In this document: in pieces, positions 7,636 to 17,962 of the stretch | Position numbering within the stretch: position 1 is the first letter of the stretch | Layout: each line of letters begins with the position of its first letter | Assembly: GCA_964487685.1 (NCBI GenBank) | Contig: CAZASA010000002.1 | Span: forward strand, 3,611 to 67,610 | Length of the DNA: 64,000 bases | Origin: an uncultured Planctomycetales bacterium | Lineage (GTDB): Bacteria > Omnitrophota > Gorgyraeia > Zapsychrales > Fredricksoniimonadaceae | Reading direction: 5' to 3' | Made by a program: the position numbers and the translations under genes | The notes under the pieces: model-generated | Database searches by the model: none | Told to the model about the DNA's origin: nothing | What the model saw: the letters and a program-made list of their open reading frames with translations, nothing else

Positions 7636-8925
7636 ATGAATATCTTAGTTATAGGTTCCGGCGGGCGGGAACATGCGCTGTGCTGGAAGATCAAACAATC
7701 CCCCAAGGTCAAAAAGCTTTATTGCGCGCCGGGCAACGGCGGCATTGCCCAGATCGCCGAATGTGTCGACATTAACGTGGAAGATGTTAATTTGCTTTTG
7801 CAATTTGCCTTACGCAAGCAAATTGACCTGACCATTGTTGGCCCTGAACTGCCCTTGGTCGCTGGCATCGTGGATGCCTTTGTGCAAAAAGGACTAAAGA
7901 TTTTCGGGCCCTCTAAAGCCGCAGCTGAACTTGAAGGCAGCAAGGTCTTTGCCAAGGAATTTATGCAGCGCCGTAATATCCCAACGGCCGCCTACAAGGT
8001 ATTTGATGAGGCCGCTCTTGCACTATCATTTTTGCAGGATGCCCAATTCCCGCTGGTTTTAAAAGCAGACGGGATCGCCGCCGGCAAAGGGGTCCATGTT
8101 TGTGCTGACCTTAAAAGTGCCACCACCGCCATTGATGAGATCATGGTCCAAAAGATTTTCGGCAATGCCGGCAACAAGATCGTCGTTGAAGAATGCCTGC
8201 AGGGCCCTGAAGTTTCGATCCTGGCTATTTCTGACGGCAAACATTTCATTGTCCTGCCCGCGTCCCAGGACCATAAACGAATTTTTGATGATGATATGGG
8301 TCCTAACACCGGAGGCATGGGGGCATTTTCACCAAGCCCTCTGATCAAGGTTGAAGTGCTGGACCAGATCATCAGCCGCGTCATTGAGCCCGCCATCCGC
8401 GGCATGTATCAGGAAGGCAATCCATTTAAAGGAGTTCTTTTTGCAGGGCTGATGTTGACCCCTGACGGCCCCAAGGCATTGGAATTCAATGTGCGTTTCG
8501 GCGATCCTGAAACCCAAAGTATTTTGCCCCGTCTCGAATCTGATTTGGTTGAGATCTTCCTGGCGGCTTGCGACGGACGGCTACAGGAGATCAAGGTCAA
8601 ATGGGATGAGCAGGCCTGTGTCTGTGTAGTGATCGCCTCCGGCGGATATCCGGGCAAATATGAAAAAGGATTTGCTGTCAAGGGCCTGGAGGCCATCAAG
8701 GACCGTGAAACTTTTGTGTTCCATGCCGGAACCAAGAATGACGGCGGTGTTCTGGTCACTAATGGCGGCAGGGTCTTTGGCGTGGCTGCGCTCGGCAGAA
8801 ACCTTGAAGCAGCATCTACAAAAGCGTATAATGCCGTGAATGCTATTGATTTTGACCATATGTTTTTTAGAAGGGACATCGCAAGTTCAGTCCTGAAAGA
8901 CAAGGCTGCTTATGGGCGCCACTAA
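7636..8925 (+). CDS. purD: Phosphoribosylamine--glycine ligase
   Basis: 'MNILVIGSGGREHALCWK'; ATP-grasp motifs. ATG 7636 is preceded by the RBS 'ggagtaaga'; an upstream ATG at 7618 is also in frame. Confidence 0.9.
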   Translation: MNILVIGSGGREHALCWKIKQSPKVKKLYCAPGNGGIAQIAECVDINVEDVNLLLQFALRKQIDLTIVGPELPLVAGIVDAFVQKGLKIFGPSKAAAELEGSKVFAKEFMQRRNIPTAAYKVFDEAALALSFLQDAQFPLVLKADGIAAGKGVHVCADLKSATTAIDEIMVQKIFGNAGNKIVVEECLQGPEVSILAISDGKHFIVLPASQDHKRIFDDDMGPNTGGMGAFSPSPLIKVEVLDQIISRVIEPAIRGMYQEGNPFKGVLFAGLMLTPDGPKALEFNVRFGDPETQSILPRLESDLVEIFLAACDGRLQEIKVKWDEQACVCVVIASGGYPGKYEKGFAVKGLEAIKDRETFVFHAGTKNDGGVLVTNGGRVFGVAALGRNLEAASTKAYNAVNAIDFDHMFFRRDIASSVLKDKAAYGRH

Positions 8926-9979
8926 AGTTTTTAAAGTCAATTCTGCTCTTCCGGAACCGGAAAAAATCGCCGAGGCTGCCCGTGTCATACGTCAGGGCGG
9001 ATTGGTGATATTCCCGACGGAGACCGTTTATGGTATCGCGGCGGATTCCAATAATCCGCGCGCCATGGACCGTCTGCGTGAGGTCAAGCGCCGTACGGAC
9101 GGGAAATTATTTTCCGTTTTAGTGGCCCAGCGGGGGATCATTGAGAATTATTCGACCTATACTCATCCGAATTTGTATAAATTGATCGATAAGTATTGGC
9201 CGGGTCCATTGACCGTAATCGTGCCCGCACGGCATGAAGGGGAGACGATAGGGATACGCATGCCGGACCATACGGTGGCCTTGCGTTTGGTGGAAGAAAG
9301 CGGCTGTACGATAGCAGCTCCTTCGGCAAACCTTGAAGGCAAAAAGCCGCCGACAAATTGCACCGAGGCCCTGGAAGATCTTGATGGTTTAGTTGACCTG
9401 GCGTTAGACGGTGGTCCGGTTGATTTTGGGATCTCATCGACGATCGTAGATTTTACCATGACACACCCCACGGTCACGCGCGAGGGTGTCATCAGCCAGT
9501 CGGACGTGGACCGTACCATCAACAAAAAATGTGTCCTGTTCGTGTGCACCGGCAATAGCTGCCGGTCGGTCATGGCGGAGTATATGCTTAAAGCCAAATT
9601 GATCGCCCGTGAAGATGTGGAAGTCCATTCGGCGGGGACCAGTGTCTTTTTTAAATCCGCCGCGAGCCAGGAGACGATCGCGGTGTTACGGGAACGCGGG
9701 ATCAATGCCATTGCGCATATATCAAGGCCGTTGGGCAGTATTATGCTTAAGAAATCAGATCTTATTTTTGCCATGACGCGCGCGCACCGGGCCCAGATCC
9801 TGGAACGTGTCCCGTCGGTTGAAAAACGGGTATATCTCCTAAAGGAATTTGGTAATAGCCAACGGGGGCTTGAGGCCGATCTGGATGTTCCTGACCCCAT
9901 CGGCCAGCCGCATGCAGCCTACCAGGAATGTTTATTAACCATCGAAGAGGCGATCGAAAAGATAGAAGGGTTGCTTTAA
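8912..9979 (+). CDS. tsaC: Fusion protein: L-threonylcarbamoyladenylate synthase (YrdC/Sua5/TsaC domain) + low-molecular-weight protein phosphatase (YwlE-like)
   Basis: N-terminal 'VIFPTETVYGIAAD', 'KRRTDGKLFSVLV' (YrdC). C-terminal 'CVLFVCTGNSCRSVMAEYMLK ... DVPDPIG' (LMW-PTP C-X5-R P-loop and DPxx motif). Confidence 0.8.
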   Translation: MGATKVFKVNSALPEPEKIAEAARVIRQGGLVIFPTETVYGIAADSNNPRAMDRLREVKRRTDGKLFSVLVAQRGIIENYSTYTHPNLYKLIDKYWPGPLTVIVPARHEGETIGIRMPDHTVALRLVEESGCTIAAPSANLEGKKPPTNCTEALEDLDGLVDLALDGGPVDFGISSTIVDFTMTHPTVTREGVISQSDVDRTINKKCVLFVCTGNSCRSVMAEYMLKAKLIAREDVEVHSAGTSVFFKSAASQETIAVLRERGINAIAHISRPLGSIMLKKSDLIFAMTRAHRAQILERVPSVEKRVYLLKEFGNSQRGLEADLDVPDPIGQPHAAYQECLLTIEEAIEKIEGLL

Positions 9980-10431
9980 TGAAAATATTTGTCGGCGCTG
10001 ACCATCGCGGCTTTCAGCTGAAGAAAAAAGTTGTTGAGATGCTTAAAAAGCTCGGACATGAAGTGATGGATGCAGGAACGTATGTTGAGGGTGTTGACTG
10101 TGATTATCCTGAAATTTCTTATAAGGTGTGTAGTCAAATAATTGATGAACCCGGCAGCCGGGGCATTCTTTTGTGCATGACAGGTATAGGCCACTCCATC
10201 GCAGCCAATAAAGTCCCGGGAGTTTATGCGGCGCTCGTCTATAACAAAGAAGCTGCAGCTTTTTCCAGACAGCATAATGACAGTAATGTGCTGGTATTGG
10301 GCACTAAATTTACGGATGAAGCCACGATGATGGCAATCATCAAGATATGGTTATCCACTGATTTTGAAGGCGGACGGCATTTGCGCCGCAAAGAGCAGAT
10401 CCAAAAAATAGAAAGCGAGTTTTCTAAATGA
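9979..10431 (+). CDS. rpiB: Ribose-5-phosphate isomerase B
   Basis: '[16 protein letters not shown]', '[15 protein letters not shown]'. ATG overlaps the upstream stop (TAATG). Confidence 0.85.
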   Translation: MKIFVGADHRGFQLKKKVVEMLKKLGHEVMDAGTYVEGVDCDYPEISYKVCSQIIDEPGSRGILLCMTGIGHSIAANKVPGVYAALVYNKEAAAFSRQHNDSNVLVLGTKFTDEATMMAIIKIWLSTDFEGGRHLRRKEQIQKIESEFSK

Positions 10432-11672
10432 AGCAATTGCAAAAAACTGATCCCGAGATATTCAAAGCCATTCAGCGTGAGCTGAAACGCCAGCAGAATA
10501 ATCTTGAATTGATCGCCTCAGAAAATATCGTCTCTCCCGCGGTTCTGGAAGCGGCAGGCTCTGTCTTGACCAATAAATATGCAGAAGGATATCCGGGTGC
10601 CCGCTGGTATAACGGCTGTGAATTTGTCGACGAGGCTGAAAACCTGGCCATCAACCGCGCCAAGCAGATCTTTGGCGGGGACCATATTAATGTGCAGGCG
10701 CATTCCGGGTCACAGGCCAATACCGCCGTGTACATGGCTGTTCTTACACCTGGTGACACCGTGATGGGGCTGGATTTGGCTTGCGGCGGGCATTTGACCC
10801 ATGGCCTGAAGTTTAACATTTCCGGGCGCCTGTATCATTTTGTCTCGTATAAGGTCGATGCCAAAACCGAGCTTATCGATATGGATGAAGTCGAGCGTCT
10901 GGCTTTGGAACACAAACCTAAAATGATCGTGGCCGGATATTCAGCGTATTCAAGGGTCCTGGATTTTAAACGTTTTCGTGCCATCGCGGACAAGATCGGT
11001 GCGTATTTATTCGTAGACATGGCCCATTTCGCGGGCCTTGTCGCGGCAGGATTGCATCCTAACCCTGTGCCTCATGCCCATTTTGTGACAACGACAACCC
11101 ATAAGACCCTTCGGGGCCCGCGCGGCGGGATGATCATCTGCAAGGCGGAATTTGCCAAGAAGATCGACAGCGCTATTTTTCCAGGCATTCAAGGTGGACC
11201 TCTGATGCACATCATCGCGGCCAAGGCCGTGGCTTTTAAAGAAGCCTTGTCGCCGGAATTCAAGCAGTATCAGCAACAGATCATTGCCAATGCCCAGGCT
11301 TTTGCCAAGGCCATGAGCGAAAGAGGATTTCGCATTGTTACCGGAGGCACGGACAATCATTTGTTCATGGTGGACCTGCGTCCCAAAAAGATCACCGGCA
11401 AAGAAGCGGCCACATTACTTGACCGTGTGCAGATTACCGTCAACAAGAACCTGATCCCCTTTGACACGGAATCTCCGACGGTTGCCAGCGGAATTCGTGT
11501 GGGCACTCCGGCTGTCACCACCCGCGGCATGAAGGAAGCCCAGATGCTCACCATCGCGGCATTGATCGACCGTTGCGTGCTTAATCGGGACAAGGAAACG
11601 GAATTAGAAAAAGTACGCCACGAAGTCGAGCGATTGGCCCAATCATTCCCTATTTATGTAGATAAGGATTAA
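10428..11672 (+). CDS. glyA: Serine hydroxymethyltransferase
   Basis: '[17 protein letters not shown]', PLP-lysine region '[14 protein letters not shown]'. Confidence 0.95.
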   Translation: MKQLQKTDPEIFKAIQRELKRQQNNLELIASENIVSPAVLEAAGSVLTNKYAEGYPGARWYNGCEFVDEAENLAINRAKQIFGGDHINVQAHSGSQANTAVYMAVLTPGDTVMGLDLACGGHLTHGLKFNISGRLYHFVSYKVDAKTELIDMDEVERLALEHKPKMIVAGYSAYSRVLDFKRFRAIADKIGAYLFVDMAHFAGLVAAGLHPNPVPHAHFVTTTTHKTLRGPRGGMIICKAEFAKKIDSAIFPGIQGGPLMHIIAAKAVAFKEALSPEFKQYQQQIIANAQAFAKAMSERGFRIVTGGTDNHLFMVDLRPKKITGKEAATLLDRVQITVNKNLIPFDTESPTVASGIRVGTPAVTTRGMKEAQMLTIAALIDRCVLNRDKETELEKVRHEVERLAQSFPIYVDKD

Positions 11673-11683
11673 AGGTAACAATT

Positions 11684-12172
11684 ATGCGTTGTCCGTCCTG
11701 CGGATATAAAGGTACCAATGTGATGGACTCACGCTTAAACAGCGATGGTACGTCCATCCGCCGTCGGCGCAAATGCACCAAGTGCGAGGAACGTTTCACG
11801 ACCTATGAGTATATCGAAGAAGTGCCCCTGATGGTCGTCAAGCGCGACGGCCGCCGCCAGGCTTTTGACCGCACACGAGTGCTTAACGGATTGATCAAGG
11901 CCTGTGAAAAGAGACCGATCAGCGTTGAGAAGATCGAAGCCATGGTGGATGATATCGAGCATACCATCCGCAAGAAATATGACCGTGAGATCTATTCCAA
12001 GGATATCGGCGAGATGATCATGACCCGTTTGTCGACGCTGGATGAAGTGGCCTATGTGCGTTTTGCCTCGGTCTACCGTCAGTTCCGTGATGTTAACCAG
12101 TTCATGGATGAGCTAAAATTGATCCTGTCCAAGAACAAGATCAAAAAAATAAAGAAAAGGAAACTTAAATAA
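11684..12172 (+). CDS. nrdR: Transcriptional repressor NrdR
   Basis: 'MRCPSCGYKGTNVMDSR...RRRRKCTKCEERFTTYE' zinc ribbon plus ATP-cone. Confidence 0.9.
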   Translation: MRCPSCGYKGTNVMDSRLNSDGTSIRRRRKCTKCEERFTTYEYIEEVPLMVVKRDGRRQAFDRTRVLNGLIKACEKRPISVEKIEAMVDDIEHTIRKKYDREIYSKDIGEMIMTRLSTLDEVAYVRFASVYRQFRDVNQFMDELKLILSKNKIKKIKKRKLK

Positions 12173-12173
12173 T

Positions 12174-12578
12174 ATGATCCAGGTTGAATTATCCAGAATC
12201 ATCATTGATGAAAAGCGCCAGGACCAGGTGATCGTGCTTAAAGAAAAAGACGGTGAACGCCAGATCCCTATCGTCATCGGATTTATGGAAGCATCTTCCA
12301 TCAAGATCAAGATCTCCGGGGTTGATGTGCCGCGTCCGATGACGCATGATCTTTTAGTCACGATGGTGCAGGCTCTAGGGGCAAAGCTCGAGAGGGTCGT
12401 GATCGACAAGCTTGTCAACAATACCTTCCATGCCAAATTGGAGATCAAGTCCAAAGAGGGGCAGATCATCATGGTGGATTCTCGTCCCTCCGACAGCATT
12501 GCCCTGGCGGTTCGTTTCAAAGCGCCGATCTTCGTGGTCGATGAAGTCCTGCAAAAATCATCAATGTCCCAACCCTAG
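12174..12578 (+). CDS. Bifunctional nuclease family protein (BFN / DUF151)
   Basis: 'PIVIGFMEASSI', 'RPMTHDLL', 'DSRPSDSIALAVR' are characteristic. Confidence 0.7.
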   Translation: MIQVELSRIIIDEKRQDQVIVLKEKDGERQIPIVIGFMEASSIKIKISGVDVPRPMTHDLLVTMVQALGAKLERVVIDKLVNNTFHAKLEIKSKEGQIIMVDSRPSDSIALAVRFKAPIFVVDEVLQKSSMSQP

Positions 12579-12594
12579 CGGCAAAAATCTTACG

Positions 12595-14049
12595 ATGACC
12601 AAAGAATGGTGCCTGTTGACTTTATTGGAAGATTACCCTCATTTGTCGTTGGTGCGTGATGCCCTTAAGGACAGCCGCAAGCGCGTGTTCCTGGTGGGCG
12701 GGGCCTTGCGTGATCATTATCTCGATCGCAAAGGCAATGATTTTGATTTTGCCGTTGATCGTGGCGCCGTCGCCCTGACGCGTAAACTTGCCCGCCGGAT
12801 CAAAGGAACCTTTGTATTGTTGGACCATGAGCATGGCAGCGCACGGGTCGTTAAAAAACTGGACGGGAAGATCGTGACCTTTGACTTTACCGATTGGCGT
12901 GGGGCCACTATCCAGAAAGACCTGTTATTAAGGGATTTTACGGTTAATACCTTGGCCATGGATATCCTGTCCAAGAACATGGATGAGGGGGCCATTCTCG
13001 AGGTCAAAGGTGCCCGACGGGATTTAGCGGCAGGGGTGGTGCGCATGGTAAGCCCGAAGGTATTTAAGGACGATCCGTTGAGGCTCTTACGTGCTTTTAG
13101 TTTGCATGCCGTGCTAGGTTTCAAGATCGACGCCGTGACCCTGGCCCAGATCAAGAAAGACGCGCATTTGATATCTTCAGTTGCCGCGGAAAGGATCCGT
13201 GAGGAGATCTTTAGGGTCTTGGCATCGGGCCGCGCCTATGAGACGGTCTGTCACATGGATAAGATCGGGCTATTGCGCCAGGTCATCCCGCAGGTCACGG
13301 TCATGGAAGGAGTGCATCAGGGTGGGTATCATCATTTGGATGTATGGCAACATACCTTGCAAGTCCTTTTTAATACTGAAAAGATCAGTAAAGAAAAATG
13401 CGTTGATGAGCGTATTAAAAATTATTTGGAAGAGCTTATCGGTGGTGGGCATTCGCGCCTGGCGTTATTAAAAATGGCGGCCATCTTGCATGACATTGGA
13501 AAACCGGAAACCCGTCGCAAAGAAGGCGCACGCATGACTTTTCATACGCATGAACACGCCGGGGAAAGGATCACCAGGCAGGTCGCCAAGCATCTAAAGC
13601 TTTCCGTTAAAGAACGCTTTTTTCTGGAGGACGCGGTGCGTATGCATTTAAGGCCGGGATATCTGTCGAATTTTAAAGTCCCCAGCCCCAAGGCCATATT
13701 CCGGTATTTGAGGGACACCAAGGACGAGGCAGCAAGTCTTGCGATTTTGGCCTTGGCAGACCAGGCGTCCACCCGCGGGCCTTTGACGAGCGAAGCCAAA
13801 CACAAGCATCATGCCAAGATCTGTCACATGCTCATCGAGCGATATTTTAGCGTAAAAGATCAAAAACCTAAAGAGCGTCTGTTAACAGGTTATGATCTCA
13901 TCAAGGTCTTGAAATTAAAACCTTCAAAACTATTTGGCGAGATCCTTAGAGAAGTAGAAGAAGCCGTGGCGTTGGGTAAAATAAAGACCAAAAAGGAGGC
14001 TTTGGCCCTTGCGATTGCACAAACTGCCAGACACCGTCCTAAGCATTAA
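12595..14049 (+). CDS. cca: CCA tRNA nucleotidyltransferase (polyA-polymerase head domain + HD domain)
   Basis: 'VFLVGGALRDHYLDRKGNDFDFAV' NTase motif; 'HDIGKPETRR' HD domain. Start reassigned to ATG 12595, downstream of the BFN stop. Confidence 0.75.
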   Translation: MTKEWCLLTLLEDYPHLSLVRDALKDSRKRVFLVGGALRDHYLDRKGNDFDFAVDRGAVALTRKLARRIKGTFVLLDHEHGSARVVKKLDGKIVTFDFTDWRGATIQKDLLLRDFTVNTLAMDILSKNMDEGAILEVKGARRDLAAGVVRMVSPKVFKDDPLRLLRAFSLHAVLGFKIDAVTLAQIKKDAHLISSVAAERIREEIFRVLASGRAYETVCHMDKIGLLRQVIPQVTVMEGVHQGGYHHLDVWQHTLQVLFNTEKISKEKCVDERIKNYLEELIGGGHSRLALLKMAAILHDIGKPETRRKEGARMTFHTHEHAGERITRQVAKHLKLSVKERFFLEDAVRMHLRPGYLSNFKVPSPKAIFRYLRDTKDEAASLAILALADQASTRGPLTSEAKHKHHAKICHMLIERYFSVKDQKPKERLLTGYDLIKVLKLKPSKLFGEILREVEEAVALGKIKTKKEALALAIAQTARHRPKH

Positions 14050-14641
14050 GGGGAATGCCGCCGGGTTCCTCAATGGGATCACTTCGAATACCCTGGATGC
14101 TCCCCGCAATGCGTTTTTAAACCAGCATGGGCGGATCATCGCAACGATCCGCCAACAGAAGATCAGCGATGAAGAATTCTTGATCAGCGTGCCATCTTTT
14201 GCGGTGGAAGGACTTCTCAAGCATCTGGAGCGGTATGTTAAACTGAGCCATGTGCGCATTGATCCGGCCACTGAGAGCATTTATGTGGATATGGACAGTG
14301 CACAATGGGTTTGGACATCAGAGCAAGCAAGCAGCAGCGTTAGCGACGATGAATTTACCCTTTTTAGGCTGGGGGAAAATCTGCCATTGATGGGTATTGA
14401 TTATATGGCTGATGAATTTATCCTGAATGTGCATGAAAATGATTATGTCTCCTATACCAAAGGCTGTTTTTTAGGCCAGGAACCGGTGGCCAAGGTCCAT
14501 AACCGCTCCAAACCAACCCGGCGTTTGATCGTCGCCTTTGAAGATCAATGCCTTCCAGAGCATGCCGCTAAAATGACTTCAAAAATAGCAGATCCCGTCA
14601 GCGGCCGCCGTAAAGGTTTTGTATTTGTGAGCAATAAATGA
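14009..14641 (+). CDS. YgfZ/GcvT-like folate-binding protein (short form)
   Basis: Signature 'TKGCFLGQEPVAKVH' (K-G-C-[YF]-x-G-Q-E). TTG start overlaps the cca end; the exact start is uncertain. Confidence 0.5.
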   Translation: MRLHKLPDTVLSIKGNAAGFLNGITSNTLDAPRNAFLNQHGRIIATIRQQKISDEEFLISVPSFAVEGLLKHLERYVKLSHVRIDPATESIYVDMDSAQWVWTSEQASSSVSDDEFTLFRLGENLPLMGIDYMADEFILNVHENDYVSYTKGCFLGQEPVAKVHNRSKPTRRLIVAFEDQCLPEHAAKMTSKIADPVSGRRKGFVFVSNK

Positions 14642-14700
14642 CACGGAGATTTATTTCCCCATACTTGCCCCATCGGTAAATACCCGTTATAATTAATTGT

Positions 14701-15591
14701 ATGAATCCTTGTAAATACTTTATTATGCTGCCATTATTGTGGTGGGCCGTAAGCGTCAGGGCCCAAGAGCCACAAGAAATGGCCATGCCGGAGCAATGGC
14801 AATTGACCTTGGATATGATCAAGTCTAAAACACAGGATTTGATGATCGAAAATAATGGCCTGCAGGTACAATACCGGCAGTTATACGGAGAGCTAGAGAA
14901 ATTGCAGCGAGAGGTCTTTGACTGGCAAAGTAAGAATGAGCTGATGGCACTCTCGTTAAAACAAAGGCATGGACGGACAGACCAGCAGATGAGGATCGAT
15001 GATCTTCAAGGGCAGATCAGGATAAAAAAAGAACGGCTTGGTGCGCTCAAAGTCCGGAAAAATACAGCGCCGGACATGTCAGGGAACAATGACCTGACCC
15101 AATGGCGGCAACAGCTTGAAGATGAAAGTAAACAGGAAGTAGTCCTGGAAAATGAATTAAAAGACCTTCAAGCCGGCAATAACACGCAAAATTTGAAGGA
15201 AGAAGATATCATCGCCCAGAATAAAATACTTGAAGCCCGTCTGGAGCTTTTGCGTGCCGGCCAAATAAGCCCGGGCAGCAATTATCCGGAGGCACAGGCA
15301 GATTATCATGTCCGAATGGTCGATCAGCTTAAAGGCCGCAAGGAAGAGCTTGAGGCCAAGATCAGTGCCTATGAATCACGCATGGAGCAATTAAAGGAAT
15401 CGTCCTTGCTGTCCCTGTCGTGGACGCAAAAGAGAAAAAGGCTCATCCATGAGATGGTCGTGACAGATGCCCGTAATAATCAGATGCGGGAGAAGATCAA
15501 GGTATTGCATGAGGACATTGATGTTTTAAATCAACAGATAGCCATGTTGGAGCACCGTTTGAATTTTGTTAAAGTACCAGCCGCCAAGTGA
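14701..15591 (+). CDS. Secreted coiled-coil protein, hypothetical
   Basis: Signal peptide 'MLPLLWWAVSVRAQEP', then heptad-rich Q/E/L/K sequence. Confidence 0.5.
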   Translation: MNPCKYFIMLPLLWWAVSVRAQEPQEMAMPEQWQLTLDMIKSKTQDLMIENNGLQVQYRQLYGELEKLQREVFDWQSKNELMALSLKQRHGRTDQQMRIDDLQGQIRIKKERLGALKVRKNTAPDMSGNNDLTQWRQQLEDESKQEVVLENELKDLQAGNNTQNLKEEDIIAQNKILEARLELLRAGQISPGSNYPEAQADYHVRMVDQLKGRKEELEAKISAYESRMEQLKESSLLSLSWTQKRKRLIHEMVVTDARNNQMREKIKVLHEDIDVLNQQIAMLEHRLNFVKVPAAK

Positions 15592-15605
15592 CAAGGAGAA
15601 TGATT

Positions 15606-15938
15606 ATGACTAAAGTTAAGCCGAATGCGACGATGGTGCGCGCCATGATCGAAGTGTCGATAACACCCCAAAAGGACGTGGGTTTTGACAACATTGCCGA
15701 GAGGATATACAGTTACCCGGAGGTCAAAAGCTGTTATCTGCTTTCCGGCGGTTTTGACCTTTTGGTCATCGTCGAGGGTGATACGATCCAGACCGTGGCG
15801 GATTTCGTCGCGGCGAAATTGTCATCCATGGCCAATGTACGCCAGACAGCCACGCATTTTTTACTGCGCAAGTACAAAGAAGAAGGACAGATCTTTAAAC
15901 ATCCCAAAAATGAACGCAGACAAAACATTTCATATTGA
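15606..15938 (+). CDS. Lrp/AsnC ligand-binding (RAM) domain protein, stand-alone
   Basis: 'VKSCYLLSGGFDLLVIVEGDTIQTVADFV' matches the AsnC C-terminal domain; there is no HTH. RBS aaggag lies 7 nt upstream of ATG 15606. Confidence 0.55.
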   Translation: MTKVKPNATMVRAMIEVSITPQKDVGFDNIAERIYSYPEVKSCYLLSGGFDLLVIVEGDTIQTVADFVAAKLSSMANVRQTATHFLLRKYKEEGQIFKHPKNERRQNISY

Positions 15939-17104
15939 AGGAATTTATTTCAATGAGGATATCTAAACGTGTTGACAAAGTAGCGCCCTCAGGTATCAGG
16001 GCATTTTTTGACCTTGTGTTGGGCATGAAGGACGTCATCTCTCTTGGTGTTGGAGAGCCGGATTTCGTCACTCCCTGGCATGTGCGCGCCCGCGCCATTG
16101 AATCCCTGGAGCAAGGGTACACTTCTTATACATCCAATAAGGGCATGATCGAACTTAGGCAGGACATCAGTGCGTTTTTAAAAAAGCGCCATCAGCTTGC
16201 CTATGACCCTGAAGAAGAAGTCTTGATCACTGTCGGTGTCAGCGAGGCATTGGACCTGGCGATGAGGGCTGTCCTTAATCCAGGCGAAAAAATTTTGATC
16301 CCCGAACCCTGCTATGTGGCCTATGGCCCGGTAGTTGAATTAGCAGGCGGTGAGGCAATATTTCTAAAAACAACGGGCCAGACCGGTTTTAAGGTGACTC
16401 CCAAACAAATTGAAGATGCCGTTAAACCGGGTGTGCGCGGTATCCTGCTTGGCTATCCCAGCAATCCGACGGGAAGCTCCTATTCTAAAAAAGAATTGGA
16501 AGAGCTGGCCCGTGTCTTCAAGAAACATGACCTGCTGGTCTTCAGTGATGAACTTTATGATGAATTGACCTACGATTTCGAACATACGCCGATGGCTACC
16601 TTACCGCAGATGCGCAATCGGGTGATCTATTTAAATGGTTTTTCCAAAAGTTATGCCATGACAGGATTTCGTATCGGCTATGCCTGCGGGCCTGAGGACA
16701 TTATCGCAGCCATGACCAAGATCCATCAATATACGATGTTATGTGCGCCTATCACCAGCCAAATGGCGGCCATTGAAGCTTTAAAAAACCCGGTAGCGGA
16801 TGTGTTGGCCATGAAAAAGGAATATGACCGCCGCCGGCGTTTTATTGTCGGGGCCTTGAACGATATCGGGCTCACCTGCCATATGCCTCAAGGGGCTTTT
16901 TACGCTTTCCCGTCGATAAAGGTATCGGGCGAGAATGCGATGGATTTTGCCAGGAATTTATTGTTAAAGCAGAAAGTGGCCCTGGTGCCGGGCGATGCCT
17001 TCGGCCAGAGCTGCAGCGATCATGTGCGCATTTCCTATGCGTCAAGCTATGATAATTTAAAGGAAGCTGTTGCCCGCATTGAAAAATATTTGAAGAAAAA
17101 ATAG
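15935..17104 (+). CDS. Pyridoxal-phosphate-dependent aminotransferase, class I (AspC family)
   Basis: 'APSGIRAFFDL', 'LGVGEPDF', 'NGFSKSYAMTGFRIGY' (PLP lysine). Confidence 0.75.
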   Translation: MKEFISMRISKRVDKVAPSGIRAFFDLVLGMKDVISLGVGEPDFVTPWHVRARAIESLEQGYTSYTSNKGMIELRQDISAFLKKRHQLAYDPEEEVLITVGVSEALDLAMRAVLNPGEKILIPEPCYVAYGPVVELAGGEAIFLKTTGQTGFKVTPKQIEDAVKPGVRGILLGYPSNPTGSSYSKKELEELARVFKKHDLLVFSDELYDELTYDFEHTPMATLPQMRNRVIYLNGFSKSYAMTGFRIGYACGPEDIIAAMTKIHQYTMLCAPITSQMAAIEALKNPVADVLAMKKEYDRRRRFIVGALNDIGLTCHMPQGAFYAFPSIKVSGENAMDFARNLLLKQKVALVPGDAFGQSCSDHVRISYASSYDNLKEAVARIEKYLKKK

Positions 17105-17126
17105 AAGTTTAAGGAAAGGACCACGC

Positions 17127-17540
17127 ATGCGTAAAGAGCACGCGCCAAAGATCTCACGGAAAAAAGAGGATGTCGATTTCGAGATTGCTTTTTATGAGAA
17201 TATCCTTAAGGAAACGCCTAATTTTATAGAAGCCTTGAGCGCTATCGGAGATTTGTATACACGGGCAGGCCTTTGGCAAAAGGGTTTGGAAGTAGATCTT
17301 AAACTTTCCCATCTAAGGCCTGAGGACGCGATCGTTTTTTATAATCTGGCCTGTTCCTATGCTTTGCTTAACCAAACCCGTGCCGCCCTGGGTGCTTTGA
17401 CTAAGGCCATTGATCTTGGCTACGATGATTTTGAACATTTAAAGGGCGATACCGACCTGGACAATCTTCTTAAGGACGAGCATTTTCAGCAGTATATCAA
17501 ACAGTTGGAAAAAAAGAAGAAGACCTCCAAACAGCATTGA
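17127..17540 (+). CDS. TPR-repeat protein
   Basis: '[24 protein letters not shown]', '[14 protein letters not shown]' TPR-like helices. Confidence 0.5.
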   Translation: MRKEHAPKISRKKEDVDFEIAFYENILKETPNFIEALSAIGDLYTRAGLWQKGLEVDLKLSHLRPEDAIVFYNLACSYALLNQTRAALGALTKAIDLGYDDFEHLKGDTDLDNLLKDEHFQQYIKQLEKKKKTSKQH

Positions 17541-17541
17541 G

Positions 17542-17961
17542 ATGAAAAATTTTCGCCAAGAATTATGGTTCCATACCAAGACCCGCCGGGCGTATATCAA
17601 TATCACCGACAAGGTGCAGTCGGCCATCGACCAAAGCGGCATCCAGGAAGGATTATGTCTGGTCAATGCCATGCACATCTCGGCCAGTGTTTATATCAAC
17701 GACGATGAAAGCGGGCTGCTGCATGATTATGATGCGTGGCTGGAGAAATTGGCCCCCCATGAGCCGGTTTCCCAGTACAGGCATAATGATACCGGGGAAG
17801 ACAATGCTGACGCGCATATCAAACGCCAGCTGATGGGCAGGGACGTGGTCGTGGCCGTGACCCGCGGCAAATTGGATTTTGGTCCCTGGGAACAGATCTT
17901 TTACGGCGAATTCGACGGACGTCGGGACAAGAGGGTTTTAGTCAAAATTATAGGGGAATAA
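17542..17961 (+). CDS. YjbQ family protein (UPF0047, secondary thiamine-phosphate synthase-like)
   Basis: '[37 protein letters not shown]'. Confidence 0.6.
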   Translation: MKNFRQELWFHTKTRRAYINITDKVQSAIDQSGIQEGLCLVNAMHISASVYINDDESGLLHDYDAWLEKLAPHEPVSQYRHNDTGEDNADAHIKRQLMGRDVVVAVTRGKLDFGPWEQIFYGEFDGRRDKRVLVKIIGE

Positions 17962-17962
17962 T

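Noticed and set aside
8409-8903. Long antisense ORFs inside confirmed genes (e.g. 8409-8903-, 9163-9900-, 24488-25153-, 31754-32593-, 44293-44964-, 52801-53271-)
   Set aside because: Each lies wholly within a well-supported + strand gene (purD, tsaC fusion, purH, GH94-like, lacI, leuS). Each has arbitrary composition and no recognisable motifs. They are typical shadow ORFs of GC-rich coding sequence.
12412-12594. 5' extension of the CCA-enzyme ORF (ORF-track start 12412) overlapping the BFN nuclease gene
   Set aside because: The extension overlaps the BFN gene for 167 nt in another frame and has no nucleotidyltransferase similarity. The first ATG after the BFN stop (12595) gives a protein starting near the conserved head domain.
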